Positions 12,540-24,231 of a stretch of DNA of 64,000 nucleotides are shown in pieces. Positions within the stretch are counted from its first letter, which is position 1. Every line of letters starts with the position of its first letter. The position numbers were made by a program, and so were the translations under genes. Origin of the DNA: Callorhinchus milii (lineage: Eukaryota); assembly GCF_018977255.1 (NCBI RefSeq), contig NW_024704743.1, positions 81,780,001-81,844,000 of the forward strand, written 5' to 3'. The notes beneath the pieces are model-generated. The model saw nothing but the letters and a program-made list of their open reading frames with translations. It ran no database searches and was not told the origin of the DNA.

Positions 12540-14865
12540 AGCCCACCTCCCCACCTCCACCAGACCACCACCATCTTTTACTGCCCCTGGAAGAAGTTAC
12601 CCCCACAATCCCTAACCGCTGCCTTGGAGTCCTCTGAACTCCTCTCTCTCTGGCCTTCAACACTCACTGACCCCTCTTCTGCTCTCACCCTCCTCCACAA
12701 CACCCTCTCCTCCACACTCAACACTCTTGTCCCCATCACCTCCCGTACTGTCTCCTACTCTCGCTCCTCCCCCTGGTTCACCACCCACCTCCGCTCACTG
12801 AAGAGCCAGGTGCGGGCCGCTGAACGCACCTGGGTCAAATCTGGTCTAACGGTCTACCGACAAATCTGGCTGGACCTCCTCAAAATCTACCGTTCCACTC
12901 TAGCCTCAGCCAAGTCGTCCTACTCCAGGATAATCCTGGAGGGAACAACCCCAGGCTTCTACCACATCCCGACTCCTCCATCCCCCCCGCCACCCCGCGC
13001 AGGTCATCTCCTCCGACCTTCACTGCGAGGAGATGCTGGATTTCCTTGAATCCAAGATCAAGGGAATCCACTCCGCGGTCACTCCCCCTCCAACTTCCAC
13101 CCACCCCCCACTCCTTCCCTCCTACACTCCGACACCTACCCATCCTCCCCTACACACCTTCGAACCCGTTTCCCCACCCTCTGTCGCCAAACTCATCCTG
13201 TCCCTCAAACCCATCACCTGTTCCCTTTACCCCATCCCCACTCCACTCCTTATCTCTCAGCTCCACCTCCTTGCCCCACTAATCACAGACATCATCAACC
13301 TGTCCCTCTCCACTGGCTCTATTCCCCTAAAAACTGCCATCATCACTCCCAATTTGAAAAAACCCTCCCTTGATGCGTCGCAGCTATCAAGCTACCGGCC
13401 CATCTCCAACCTCCCCTTCCTGTCCAAGGTCCTTGAAAGAGTGGTCGCCTCCCAGCTGCGCTCTTTCCTCTCCACCCATGCATTATTCGAACCCCTTCAG
13501 TCGGGTTTCCGTGCTGCCCATAGCACAGAAACCGCCCTGGTCAAGGTCACCAATGACAACTTGACCATCTGCGACCAGGGCTCCCTCTGCCTCCTCGTCC
13601 TCCTCAACCTATCGGCAGCATTCGATACGGTCGACCACGCTATCCTCCTCCACCGCTTGTCCTCCCACCTCAACCTTCAAGGCCCTGTCCTTGAGTGGTT
13701 TAGGTCATACCTCTCCCACCGTCTTCATTTTGTTTCCACAAACGGCTTTTCCTCCAGCCACCGCACTAACTCGTGTGGTGTCCCTCAGGGCTCTGTCCTC
13801 GGTCCCCTCCTATTCACCCTCTATATGCTCCCCTTTGGTGACATCATCCGCAGACATGGGGTTAACTTCCACATGTATGCGGATGACACCCAACTCTACC
13901 TTTCCTCCTCTACCCTCAATTCCACGACCACCTGTGTCCTGACAGCCTGTCTGTCTGACATCGAGTCCTGGATGAGAGACATCTTTCTCCAGCTCAACGT
14001 GCACAAAACTGAGGTCCTCCTGATTGGCTCACGTCAGTGCCTCCGCACCTCAGGCACTAACAGCATCAGCATCCAAGGCTGCACTCTCCACCTCTCAAAG
14101 CCAGTCAGGAACCTCGGGGTTCTGTTCGACCCTGAGCTGTCCTTTCTTCCTCATATCCGCGCCACAACTGGCACCGCCTTCCATCACCTCCGAAATATCA
14201 CCAGACTACGGCACTACCTCACCCCTCACGCTGCTGAAACTCTGGTCCACGCCTTTATCACCGTAAGCCTGGACTATGGGAACTCGCCGGCCTTCCCGGC
14301 ACCTCCCTCCACAAGCTGCAGGTCATTCAGAACTCTGCAGCTCGTGTACTGTCCCGCACCAGGCTTCGGGACCACATCACTCCCACCCTCGCTCGCCTCC
14401 ACTGGCTCCCCATCCCCCAGAGGATCGAATTCAAGATCCTCATCCTCACCTACAAGGCCATTCACGGCCTTGCTCCCTCCTACCTCTCCGACCTACTATC
14501 CCCCTACCTACCTGCCCGTACCCTCCGTTCCTCTGGCTCCGGTCTGCTCCACATCCCCCGCCCCAACCGCCCTACCATTGGTGGCCGGGCCTTCAGCCTC
14601 TCAGCCCCTAGGCTCTGGAACTCCATCCCCCAGTGCCTTCACCTTGCCTCCTCCCTTTTCTCCTTCAAGACCGGTCTCAAGACCTTTCTCTTTGACCGTG
14701 CCTTCAGCTCCCCTCTCGACTCTCTACCCGCTCCTCGCTTCCTCCCTCCCCTCACCCTGACCATTTCCCCCCTGCTCGGGTCCTGACCCAACTGTCCAGC
14801 ACCTTGGGACGTCCTCCCGACATGAAAGGCGCTCTATAAATGGAATCTTGTTGTTGTTGTTGTTG
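12540..14865 (+). mobile_element. Young L2 LINE, 5'-truncated ORF2 (RT), frameshifted
   Basis: [48 protein letters not shown]; 3' stem-loop and (TTG)n. Confidence 0.97.
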
Positions 14866-15255
14866 GCATTGAGTCTGTGATCCAAATTAATTTCACAAAT
14901 TACACGAAATAACACAAGTTAGATCTCGCTCCCATTTAAACATTTTTTGGGGGAAAGTTGGTGTCTACCATTCGTTGCATTTTATTCTAAGTAATTTTTG
15001 GTTTGACTCCATGGCAGATCATTTTTGTGCTTTTCTGAGCGATATGTTATTTGAATTTTGAAAAGTGAATTACCAATGATTCTCATGGTCTTGAATGGTG
15101 ACAATTTTATTGGATTTTTTTGCTAGGTCTGGAAACAAAATGTTGTTTGGTAAAATTAGTACTCAAATTTGTGATATTTCTTAATATGTTCCTTATCTTA
15201 ATTATGCGTTAAGGAAGATGTGCACATTTGTTCAAGTAGACTTAATTGAAAGTCT

Positions 15256-15430
15256 GAGACAAAAACGGAAGTACCTGGGAACACTCAGCAGGTCAGGCAA
15301 CATCTATGGAGAAAGGAAAGAGGGTCAATAGATGCTGCATTTCTCCATAATGCTGGCTGAACTGCTGAGTGTTCCCAGCTACTTCCATTTTTGTTTCAGA
15401 TTTCCAGCATCTGCAGTATTTTGCATTTTG
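15256..15430. mobile_element. Fold-back insertion, Penelope-like terminal-repeat derivative, with 14-bp TSD
   Basis: Inverted arms CTGGGAACACTCAGCAG / CTGCTGAGTGTTCCCAG; TSD TTAATTGAAAGTCT at 15242-15255 and 15431-15444. Confidence 0.7.
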
Positions 15431-15590
15431 TTAATTGAAAGTCTCCTTACCTCTGGAATTAAGACTGGTCCTGGCCTTTGCTAACAACCAAGCTCCGCTC
15501 CACATTAGCTATCAATGTTTACACTCCTGCTTTGGAGTTAGGACTGGCATTCCCACAGGCTAGATCAGGAAGCAGCTTTATAGTGGACTA

Positions 15591-16107
15591 CAACAACAAC
15601 AACAACAACTTGCATTTATATAGCGCCCTTCCCAGAGCACTTAACAGTGGTGGAGTCTAACAACGAGCCGGGGGAGAGAGAGGATGGAGGTGACTATAAG
15701 CACGATCAAAAAGGAAAGCCTTTAGGCAGGATTTGAAGGTGGGGAGGGTGGAGGCCAGGCAAAGGGATTGAGGGAGACAGTTACAAAGTTTCAGGGGGTA
15801 GTGGTTGAAGACATGGCCGCCGATGGTGGAGTAGAGGAGATGTAGGACAGACAGGTAGCTGGAGCCAGCCAAGCAGAGGCAGCAGGTGGATAAGTGTTAG
15901 AAAGAAAAACTGTGGATTGAACCTGATGCCTAAGTTATGCACCGGTTGGTGAGTCTGAGGGAGAGCCCGGAAGGTTGAGGAGCTCAGAGTGCAGGAGAGA
16001 AGACGTTTACGGGAGCCAAAGAGAATGGCTTCCGTCTTGCCAACATTCAGCTGCAGGAAATTTGCGCTCATCCAGGCCTTGATGTCCGTCAAACAAGCTG
16101 ACATGAC
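15591..16107 (-). mobile_element. L2 LINE fragment (second family), internally deleted
   Basis: SACLTDIKAWMSANFLQLNVGKTEAILFGS; (TTG)n tail. Confidence 0.9.
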
Positions 16108-16292
16108 TGCTTACTACTTGCCACTGCCTCATCTTCAACAACAATAATAATTCTTGCATTATTGATACAGCGATTATCACATCAAACCATTTCAAAGCAC
16201 TTTGGTGTTATAGGCTAGGGGCAACACTGGTGACAGGGGCAGTGAAGAGACTGCTTACACTGGCTTTTCAGGAACATATATTCCATATATTC

Positions 16293-16616
16293 GGAGTCCT
16301 GTAGCTCAGTGGTTAGAGCACTCTCTTTGCAAGCCAGAGACCTGAGTTCAATTCCAGGCAGGGCGAAACCTTGGGCAAGTTTCCTTACTCCACACAGAGC
16401 CTAATAATAATCCCTCCAAAACCAAAAACAATAATAAATTGGTCATTTTCAATCTAAGACTGTTTGTGGGACATTGCTGTGCGCAATTGGCTGCCGCGTT
16501 CGCCCACAAATATACAGTCAATTCACTTTACAGTGTGTTCTGTGAAGCGCTTTGGGACGTCCTCCCGACGTGAAAAGCGCTATATCAAATGCAAGGATTA
16601 TTATTATTATTATTAT
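16293..16616 (+). mobile_element. Young SINE (TGC-loop head)
   Basis: Near-identical to 7317-7641. Confidence 0.93.
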
Positions 16617-17167
16617 AATGTTTTCCTTGTGCTAATTAACACAAGAATGGGTTAAGGGACACCACACATTTTACCCCTATGTGAATTTGCACAGCATGTC
16701 TCTTGTCTGAACGCCTTCACCTGCTGTTCAGTGCTACTGTGGAATAGTGGAAAACAGCTACAATAATGTTGGAGCTAAGGCGAGATTTAAATGAAGACAG
16801 CTGAGTGCTGAATGACTTTTGAATGGCTGCCAGTGCAATATATTCTTTGTTGTCAGAATTATTTGCCGACAACTATACAGTCACTACATTTGGCAACAAT
16901 TCTTTGTGAAGTGCTTTGAGATGGTTTGATGTGATAATCGCTGTATCGAATGCAAAATTTATTATTGTTGTTAAGATGAGGCAGTGGCATGTAGTGAGCA
17001 AGACTTTTCTTTCAAAATGTTCAAAATCTACCCAAATGATTCTGTGTCAGAAGCATAACTTTATTTTATCTATCAAGTAAACTATTTTATCTCCAGCAGG
17101 AAATTCATTAAACATTTGCACATTTGCATTCTTATCATAACCTTTTTGAGACGCTACCCTGTGTGAA

Positions 17168-17322
17168 TAATAATATAATAATAATAATCCTTGCATTTGA
17201 TTTAGCACCTTATCATGCCTTCTAGACATCTCAAAGCATTTCACAGAATATACTGTGAAGTGAATCGACTGTATATTTTTTGGGCAAAACGCAGCAGCTA
17301 ATTGCAAACAGCAATGTCCCAC
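17168..17322 (-). mobile_element. SINE 3' fragment (older tail)
   Basis: Body and tail match the SINE family, with (TTA)n. Confidence 0.8.
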
Positions 17323-18479
17323 AGGGCATTGTATAGTGTGAAGGATACTATATAAATGCAAGTTGTTGTTGTTGGGTAACTCAGACCCTCTGTGAGCCCC
17401 TTCCCTATTATCAGTAGCCGACTCTTTCAGTCACCCTCTGGAACTCCCTTCATCATTGTCATTAAAAGCTGCCGAGGTCATTCGGCCCATCATGTCTGTG
17501 CCGGCTCTTTGAAAATAAAATAATCTGTGTCTTAAATAATCAAAGCAACGGCTCAAAAACCTTTATCCGATAGACCAATAGTAAAGAAAATAATGCTCTT
17601 AAGAGTTTTGCGTCTGATGGTTAAGTAGCTTTTGAACATAATCTATGACTGCAAACAATGGGGATTGAGCGGTGTGACTAGGTTATCTCCTGCCAGGTAA
17701 TGATAGCTCATAAACACCACATCTTGACAGCTGCTTCCTGAAGCCAATAAACATAGAGAGCACAAAAAGCCTCCCCATGCACTAGAAGGTGAAGGGTACT
17801 CCCTTTATTCCTTAAACTCTTATCTGATGCTCTGGTACTAAATCAACTGATTTAGCTGCTACTTATCTGCCTCAGAATCTATTGTTTGCTAACCTTGAGA
17901 GATCCCTTGGGAACAGTTTATTCATAAAGCTTTCAAAGCATCAAAGATCTAGTCAAGACTCAAGTTTCTTGTTCATTTGAGGAATTAGGAATTTGTTTGG
18001 TGGAAAGAAAACTTACTAATTATAGAGGCTATTAAATAAGAGATTGTAAAACTATGTTCCACTGAAGACTGAATCGGAGGGTTTTATCCAACAATCTAGG
18101 GAGAAGGATTTGAATCTCTTTCAGAATTGGATTGGAAGTTGTAAACTTTGAGTATTTGTAGGGCTGAATTGAATGTTTTAAACCCAATCTAATCAAGTGA
18201 GCCTACCTTGTGGGCCTGAAGCCCAAGATTCCATCTGGTCCAAGAATATGTGGACAATTCATGAATTCATTCTTAATTTCAAACCTATTTTTCAGCAGTT
18301 CATGAGAAGATCTAACTTTCAAATTATGATTGAATTGAAGAGTTTCCACAAATATCTTAATGTTAAGGTAAAACCATCATGCACTCTGAGACTAGGTGGA
18401 ATTTTGGGCCTCAGATTACTTAGAATTATATCCACCTAGTCAGGTCTCAAACCTGCATTTGTCAGATGTCAAATGACCA

Positions 18480-19274
18480 ACTGGTGACCATCCTCCTTTG
18501 GAGGAGGTAAGTTGGGTCTTCTTGGAGCTGAACTGGCTCCAAGGTGACACGTAGGGCAACAAAATGTCAGAATCAAGCTCACTTTCTGTCATGGTCTCAG
18601 TAATTCAGTTCCTGAGCCAGGCGGGTACACAGTACTCCAAGGCACTGCTTATGGCAGACCAGCCAGACTGGCTCACCAACATAACTTGGAAAGGGCAGAC
18701 ATGTCACTGGGAATACAGACTAATCTCACTAAGCTCCCATTAACCTTGCAAGCCAAAGCCTAATGGATAGGGTGGTCCTAACTGGACAAGCAGTGGGAAA
18801 GCTTACTAGACAGTGTTCTCAATGGCAAGCTATGCAGTTAGACTCCAGCAGTACCCCAACCACTCTGGAGTCCCAAGTCTTGGTTCTCGCCAACCTGCGC
18901 TTAATACTCTCTGGAATTAGGGAAGCAGGAAGCATTCCTCCAGGCAGAGAGAGCGCAATCCAGTCCAATAAATATCTCAGAAATTTCCATATATAGGTGG
19001 AGTGCGTGGCGCTCTCACGTATAATATAAAGAAAGAAGTCGCTGGGAACACGCAGCAGGTCAGGCAGCATCCATGGAGAGAGGAAAATGAGTTAACGTTT
19101 CAGATCAATGACCTGTCGTGACCTGCTGCATGTTCCCAGCAACTTCTGCATTTATATTAAATTTCCAGCATCTGCAGTACTTTGCCTTTTGCGTGGGGCT
19201 CTCAGTTTGGTTTCGGATACTATTAACCATGGTGATGGGTTTCCACACGTGTCAGGCACCCAGCTGACTAAAAA
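18480..19274 (+). mobile_element. Unclassified non-LTR-like interspersed repeat, longest copy (5' boundary uncertain)
   Basis: 3' end ATGGTGATGGGTTTCCACACGTGTCAGGCACCCAGCTGACTAAAAA is shared with minus copies at 36502, 37847 and 57522. Confidence 0.65.
19018..19189. mobile_element. Fold-back Penelope-like insertion with 15-bp TSD (1 mismatch)
   Basis: Same sequence family as 15256; TSD TGCGTGG(C/G)GCTCTCA at 19003-19017 and 19190-19204. Confidence 0.7.
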
Positions 19275-20305
19275 TAAGAATGATATAGACTGTACAGCAC
19301 CTGAAACAGACAGTTCGGCCCAACTAACCTATGCTAGTTTATATTCCACATCAGCCTCCACTCCTCCTAATTCTCTCTCCCTATTTTCTCTCCCATACTT
19401 CTCTGTTCCCTTCTCCCCCATGTTTGCTTACATAGATTACACAGATTGTATCCTTGCTTCAGAAGTACTAGGAAAGCTAACTACCCTGAGTTAATTAACA
19501 CAGTAAAGACATCCAAATTCCAATTTTGGATCTTTTATTATTATGATTATTAATAATGTCATAGATAATTAAACACAATTATTAATAATTCATCCTTGTT
19601 TTTGGTCATTGGCTCATCACATCACTAAAACATCTCAATTTTTCCTATAAAATGTAAGAATGACTGTGTATTTGTAAGCAAACAGGGCAACCAATTTACA
19701 CACAGCAATGCCCCGAAAACAGCCATGAAGCCAATGACCAATTTTATTTGGGGAATTGTTGGCCAGGACACCGAGAGGAACTCTCTTCTCCTTTCAAGTA
19801 GTATCTCTAATGCCCACTTGACAAGCAGATGGGATATGAATGACATTGTGCTGCTCTGTTTACTGTATGTAGTGAATAGACTATACTCAATTCTGTTCCT
19901 TTAAGTTTAGTGAATTAGTCCCTGGGCACTTATAAATATACTGTATCATAATTTGATATGTAAAATGTAAGTTTAGACCTTTAATGTTATATTATTTATA
20001 ATTTAAAATTGCTTTACAATTACTTAAATGCACACTAAGGCAAACTCAATGAACTTTGCGAGTCAAGCAGAATAGGGTTTGGCCCATATCAAGAAATTCA
20101 CTACCTGCAGTGAATCGAGCAGAATGAACGCCCGGTGAAGCTAATGACAGGATGCACACACTGATGAGATGTGTGCGCAAGAAATTCTGTCCCTTTCTGT
20201 ATTTACATTACCAGTTATACAAGGAGGAGGAGAACAAACCTAATTTCAGTAATGCTTGTAATTAGGATATTTGTGAATTAACCTAAATTGGATCCAAAAT
20301 GTTGT

Positions 20306-20640
20306 CAGCGTGGCTCAATTGGTAGCACTCTCATCTCTCTGAGCCCATAAGATTGTGGGTTCAAGACCCACGCTGAGTCTTTGAACTCATAGTCCAGGCT
20401 GTCACTACAGTACCACGCTGGTGTAGTGCTATATTGTCACAGATGCCATCATTCAGAAGAGATGTTAAACCAAGGTCCCATCTGCTTTTTAGTGCACATT
20501 AAAAATCCCATGGCATTAGTCAAAAAGAGAAGATTAGTTTATTCTGATACTCTAACCAATCATCCCCCATATACAATTCATGCAATTTGTGAGTCACTGC
20601 TGTGCACAAATTGACTGCCTCTGTCACTACAAGTTACAGT
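20306..20640 (+). mobile_element. Old DeuSINE-like SINE
   Basis: tRNA head GTGGCTCAATTGGTAGCACTCT...GGGTTCAAGACCC; AAAAATCCCATGGCA; GCTGTGCACAAATTGACTGCC. Confidence 0.75.
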
Positions 20641-20644
20641 CATA

Positions 20645-21125
20645 ACAACAACAACAATTTTCACTTATATAGCGCCCTCCATGCAGGGTAGCATCTCAGA
20701 GTGCTTAACAGCGGCGGAGCCTGACTCCGAGCCGGTGGGAGCAGGGCAGGGGAGATGACCGTAAACACGGTCGAAGAGGAAGGACTTGAGAAAAAGGAAG
20801 AGAGTGGGCAAGGCAGAGGGATTGAGTGAGAGTGTTCCAGAGTTTCGAGGTGTAGTGGCTGAAAGCGCAACCTCCGATGGTGGGGCGGAGGGTGTGAGAG
20901 ACAAGCAAGAGACCGGTGCCAATCGAGTGGAGGCGCCGGGTGGTGGATTGGGGAGTGAGGAGGTTGGAGAGGTAGGGAGGTGCCAGAGAGTGCATGGATT
21001 TGAACACGAGTGTGAGGATTTTGAAGTCGATCCCTTCGGTGATGGGGAGCCAGTGGAGCCTGGCCATAACTGGTGAGATGTGGGTACGGAGTTTGGTCCA
21101 GGTAATATGCGGGTGGCAGAGTTCT
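20645..21125 (-). mobile_element. L2 3' fragment (second family)
   Basis: [29 protein letters not shown]; tail CTGAGATGCTACCCTGCATGGAGGGCGCTATATAA and (TTG)n. Confidence 0.92.
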
Positions 21126-23689
21126 AAATGAGTTCTGAATAACGTTGTGCAGCAGGTCTTGTTAAGTGCTTTGAGACGTCTCAGCAATATGATAAGGCCC
21201 TATATCAAATGCAAAGATTATTATAATTGGATTGATCCCATAGATTGGGATTTACTCTGGAGTTTTTTATCTTCAATCTACAAACTTTTGCTATTCAAGG
21301 CTTTGGCCTGTTGCTTAACATAAAAATTATAAATATACCCAAAATGACTTCCTGCTCTGAATACATTAATTCACCCAAATTAGGGGAAGACATTTGTTTA
21401 GTCTTTTCTGCTACGTTCAACCTTGCCCTCTAATAACCGCCAACAGAAACAAAAACTTCTGCCATCATTATTTCAAGGCACAGGATGTTATTTAAAGGTC
21501 CAGCTGCTCTTTGGAATCCAGATGTGATAGCTCCAAGCCGATTAAGTAGCTCTTAGTGAGGTGGAGCCTCTTTCTGTGACAGATAAGATCTGCCGATATT
21601 TTATATGTGTTGTCTGGAGACACGGGAGATTATTAAGTGTCTTGTTTACTTTAGCAGCTGACAGGTGCTTTTTCTGTAATGATACATGTGCTCCTATCAT
21701 TATTCAAATGAGCATTGACAGAGAGACCAGATATACAGACGTAAAACATCAATTACGAGGAGAATAAGATAAAGTGTGAAAGGAACTGTTGTTTCTTATT
21801 ATGCTCGTTTTAGATCTCATGAACCAAGCTTTTCATTCTTTAAAGGAATACTTGCCTACTACTGATCACCAGGTTATTTTTGCTGCTGGAAAGCACTGTG
21901 GTGAATGTTGCTGCAAATGGGACAAGGCTGAGCCCCTGTATACCCTCTTCATGCTCATGTGTGAATAACCTGCCAAAACTCAAACTCAGTGTTTGGTTTT
22001 ATAGGGAGGGATTAGAAGCAGTAAAATAACTGATCCTAACAATGAGGGGTTAATCCAGATTTTATTATGCTTTAATGTGGAGCATGACTGTGATGTGAAT
22101 TGAGGCGTGGATTGTTTGGTAGATTTTTTTTTGCTTTCATTGCTTTTCCCTTTGGTGAATTTGCCTCCACATATCCAAAGGGAGGTTTTGTGGTGCAGGG
22201 CCATTCTGCACGTGCACAGACAGGGTATGGCAGTATCCTATTACATTAGCAGAAGTCTTGAGTATAGCCTTTATAAAGTTAGTTTTGCCAATGTTGCTAC
22301 TATGATTGCAGCAGAGATCGGAAGACATACTGAAATATCGGGTAGCTTTCATCTTGGCCTTTTGTCCTCATTTGAAAAGAGAAGGGAATTTCTCCCAGTG
22401 TCCTAACCAACAATCCCCCAGATAAAATTGTGAATTGTTTTATGGTTGCTTGTGGGACATTCCTGTGCGCAATTGTGCTGCCGCATTTGCCTACAAATAC
22501 AGTCACTCCATTTCACAGTAAATCCTGTGAAACGCCTTGAGACATCCTTCCGACATGATAAGGTGTTATACCAAAATGCTAGGATTATTATTATTATTAG
22601 TTATTATTATCACAAGATATGTATGCAACTTTATGTCCAGTGTGGTGGAATACAACAAGGCATAGGAACAAGTCATTCACAGGATGGCCTGAACAGCCAC
22701 ACAACCTGCTGATATTTAAGCAAAACCAGTTACCTCCCCATAACGAGCAATTAAATACCTGTCAAAAAGAACCTACATTTTCTTTAAATTTTCTTTTAAA
22801 TATACCACCAGACTGAGAATCACTAAAGAAATTATGTAATAAATAATAAAACAATCTTTGTATTTGATATAGTACATTGTCACGTGGCCAAAACTTCTCA
22901 AAGTGTTTCACAAGATTTACTGTAAAGTTCAGTGACTGTGTATTTTGTAGGTGAAAGTGGCAGCCATTTTACACATGGCTGTGTTCCACAAACAACTGTG
23001 AATTGAATGACCAATTATATCTGGGGAATTGATGACGAGGATATAGAGAGAAACTCCCTTCTCTTTTCGAGTAGTGCCATGGAATCTTTAAAAAAAAGTC
23101 TACTTGAACAGTCAAATGCACCTCAGTTTAATATCTCATCTAAAGGAATACTACTGCAGAACTGTAGATGTAGCATCAATCAAAGTTTTTATGGTCCTTT
23201 TTCTCTGGCAATGGCACACTAAACATTTCTACATTCCTATTCACGGATCCCTTTTTTTTTACATTACACATTTTGCTGCTAAATATACTTAACTCTGGCA
23301 TAAAGTTTACAGAATTTGGGCCAAAACTAACATTTATAGTGAACTAAAAGTACTACAATAACCACACCATAAATGTTACAAGAACTCTTGGAGGTGAAAA
23401 ATGCAATATTTCATAACTGATTTGATGTTATCAAGTCTGTTATGAACTCTCTTATTTTAACAGTCTTATTCCTTGAAACCTGAACAATCCAGACTTTATA
23501 CTGTTCAGCTATGAAAATTGAATTCAGAAACTGAAAACTTCAAATTAATATAGACATAAAACAGACATTTTACTTTCAATAGACAAAAGTGCAACATAGT
23601 CATACAAAGGTTCAGAATACTGTGCATTGCATTGCAGACATTTTTGAAAGTACTGTATTACCATATAGAATTCTCATCTCCTCATACCC

Positions 23690-23984
23690 CATTTTCTGCC
23701 CAACCCCCTCCATTCAGCAAATACAGGCCACTGCACATCTCCTGCCACCCCCAATGCCACCATCAGTGGCTGAGCTTTTAGTCATTATGATCCTAATCTT
23801 TGGAACTCTCTGCCTCAATCCCTCCACCTTGCCCACTCTTTATCTATCCTTAAATCCCACCTCTTCAACTGCTTCTATGGTCACCTCCATCTTCTCCCTT
23901 GCTCGACACGAACCCTGCCATTGCAAAGTATTCCAAGACCTTATCCTTTGTGAAGCTCATTGTATAAATGCAAGTTGTTGTTGA
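23690..23984 (+). mobile_element. Degraded L2 3' end
   Basis: TGGAACTCTCTGCCTCAATCCCTCCACCTTGCC...ATAAATGCAAGTTGTTGTTG. Confidence 0.75.
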
Positions 23985-24082
23985 AAGTTGTGAGTCCATA
24001 ACAGTGATCATTAATAAGGATATCACTTGAAGGCAATACCTAAAGCAGCTTTCTGCTATGTCCGATTTCTAACATGTACATA

Positions 24083-24231
24083 CAGTGAAACTCTGATAAC
24101 TTGGTATTCAAATCAGTGTCTTCACTGTCTAATACAGTTTATATGCATATTGCATGATAAACGTTTTCAACTCTGATAAGTCATCATTTGAGCTATATCC
24201 CTTGGGGTGACCAGTTTTCAGAGATTCACTG
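24083..24231. mobile_element. Tc1/mariner (pogo/Tigger-like) MITE
   Basis: TIR CAGTGAAACTCTGATAACT / AGTTTTCAGAGATTCACTG; TA on both sides; subterminal repeat AACTCTGATAA. Confidence 0.8.

Noticed and set aside
13033..14760. 575-aa ORF as a novel gene or active reverse transcriptase
   Set aside because: It is L2 ORF2 without the endonuclease, frameshifted near 14285; the Pro/Ser-rich tail is out-of-frame read-through
20154..20185. Hammerhead ribozyme (CTGATGA...GAAA)
   Set aside because: CTGATGAGA is the loop of a GCACACA/TGTGTGC hairpin; stem II cannot form before GAAA
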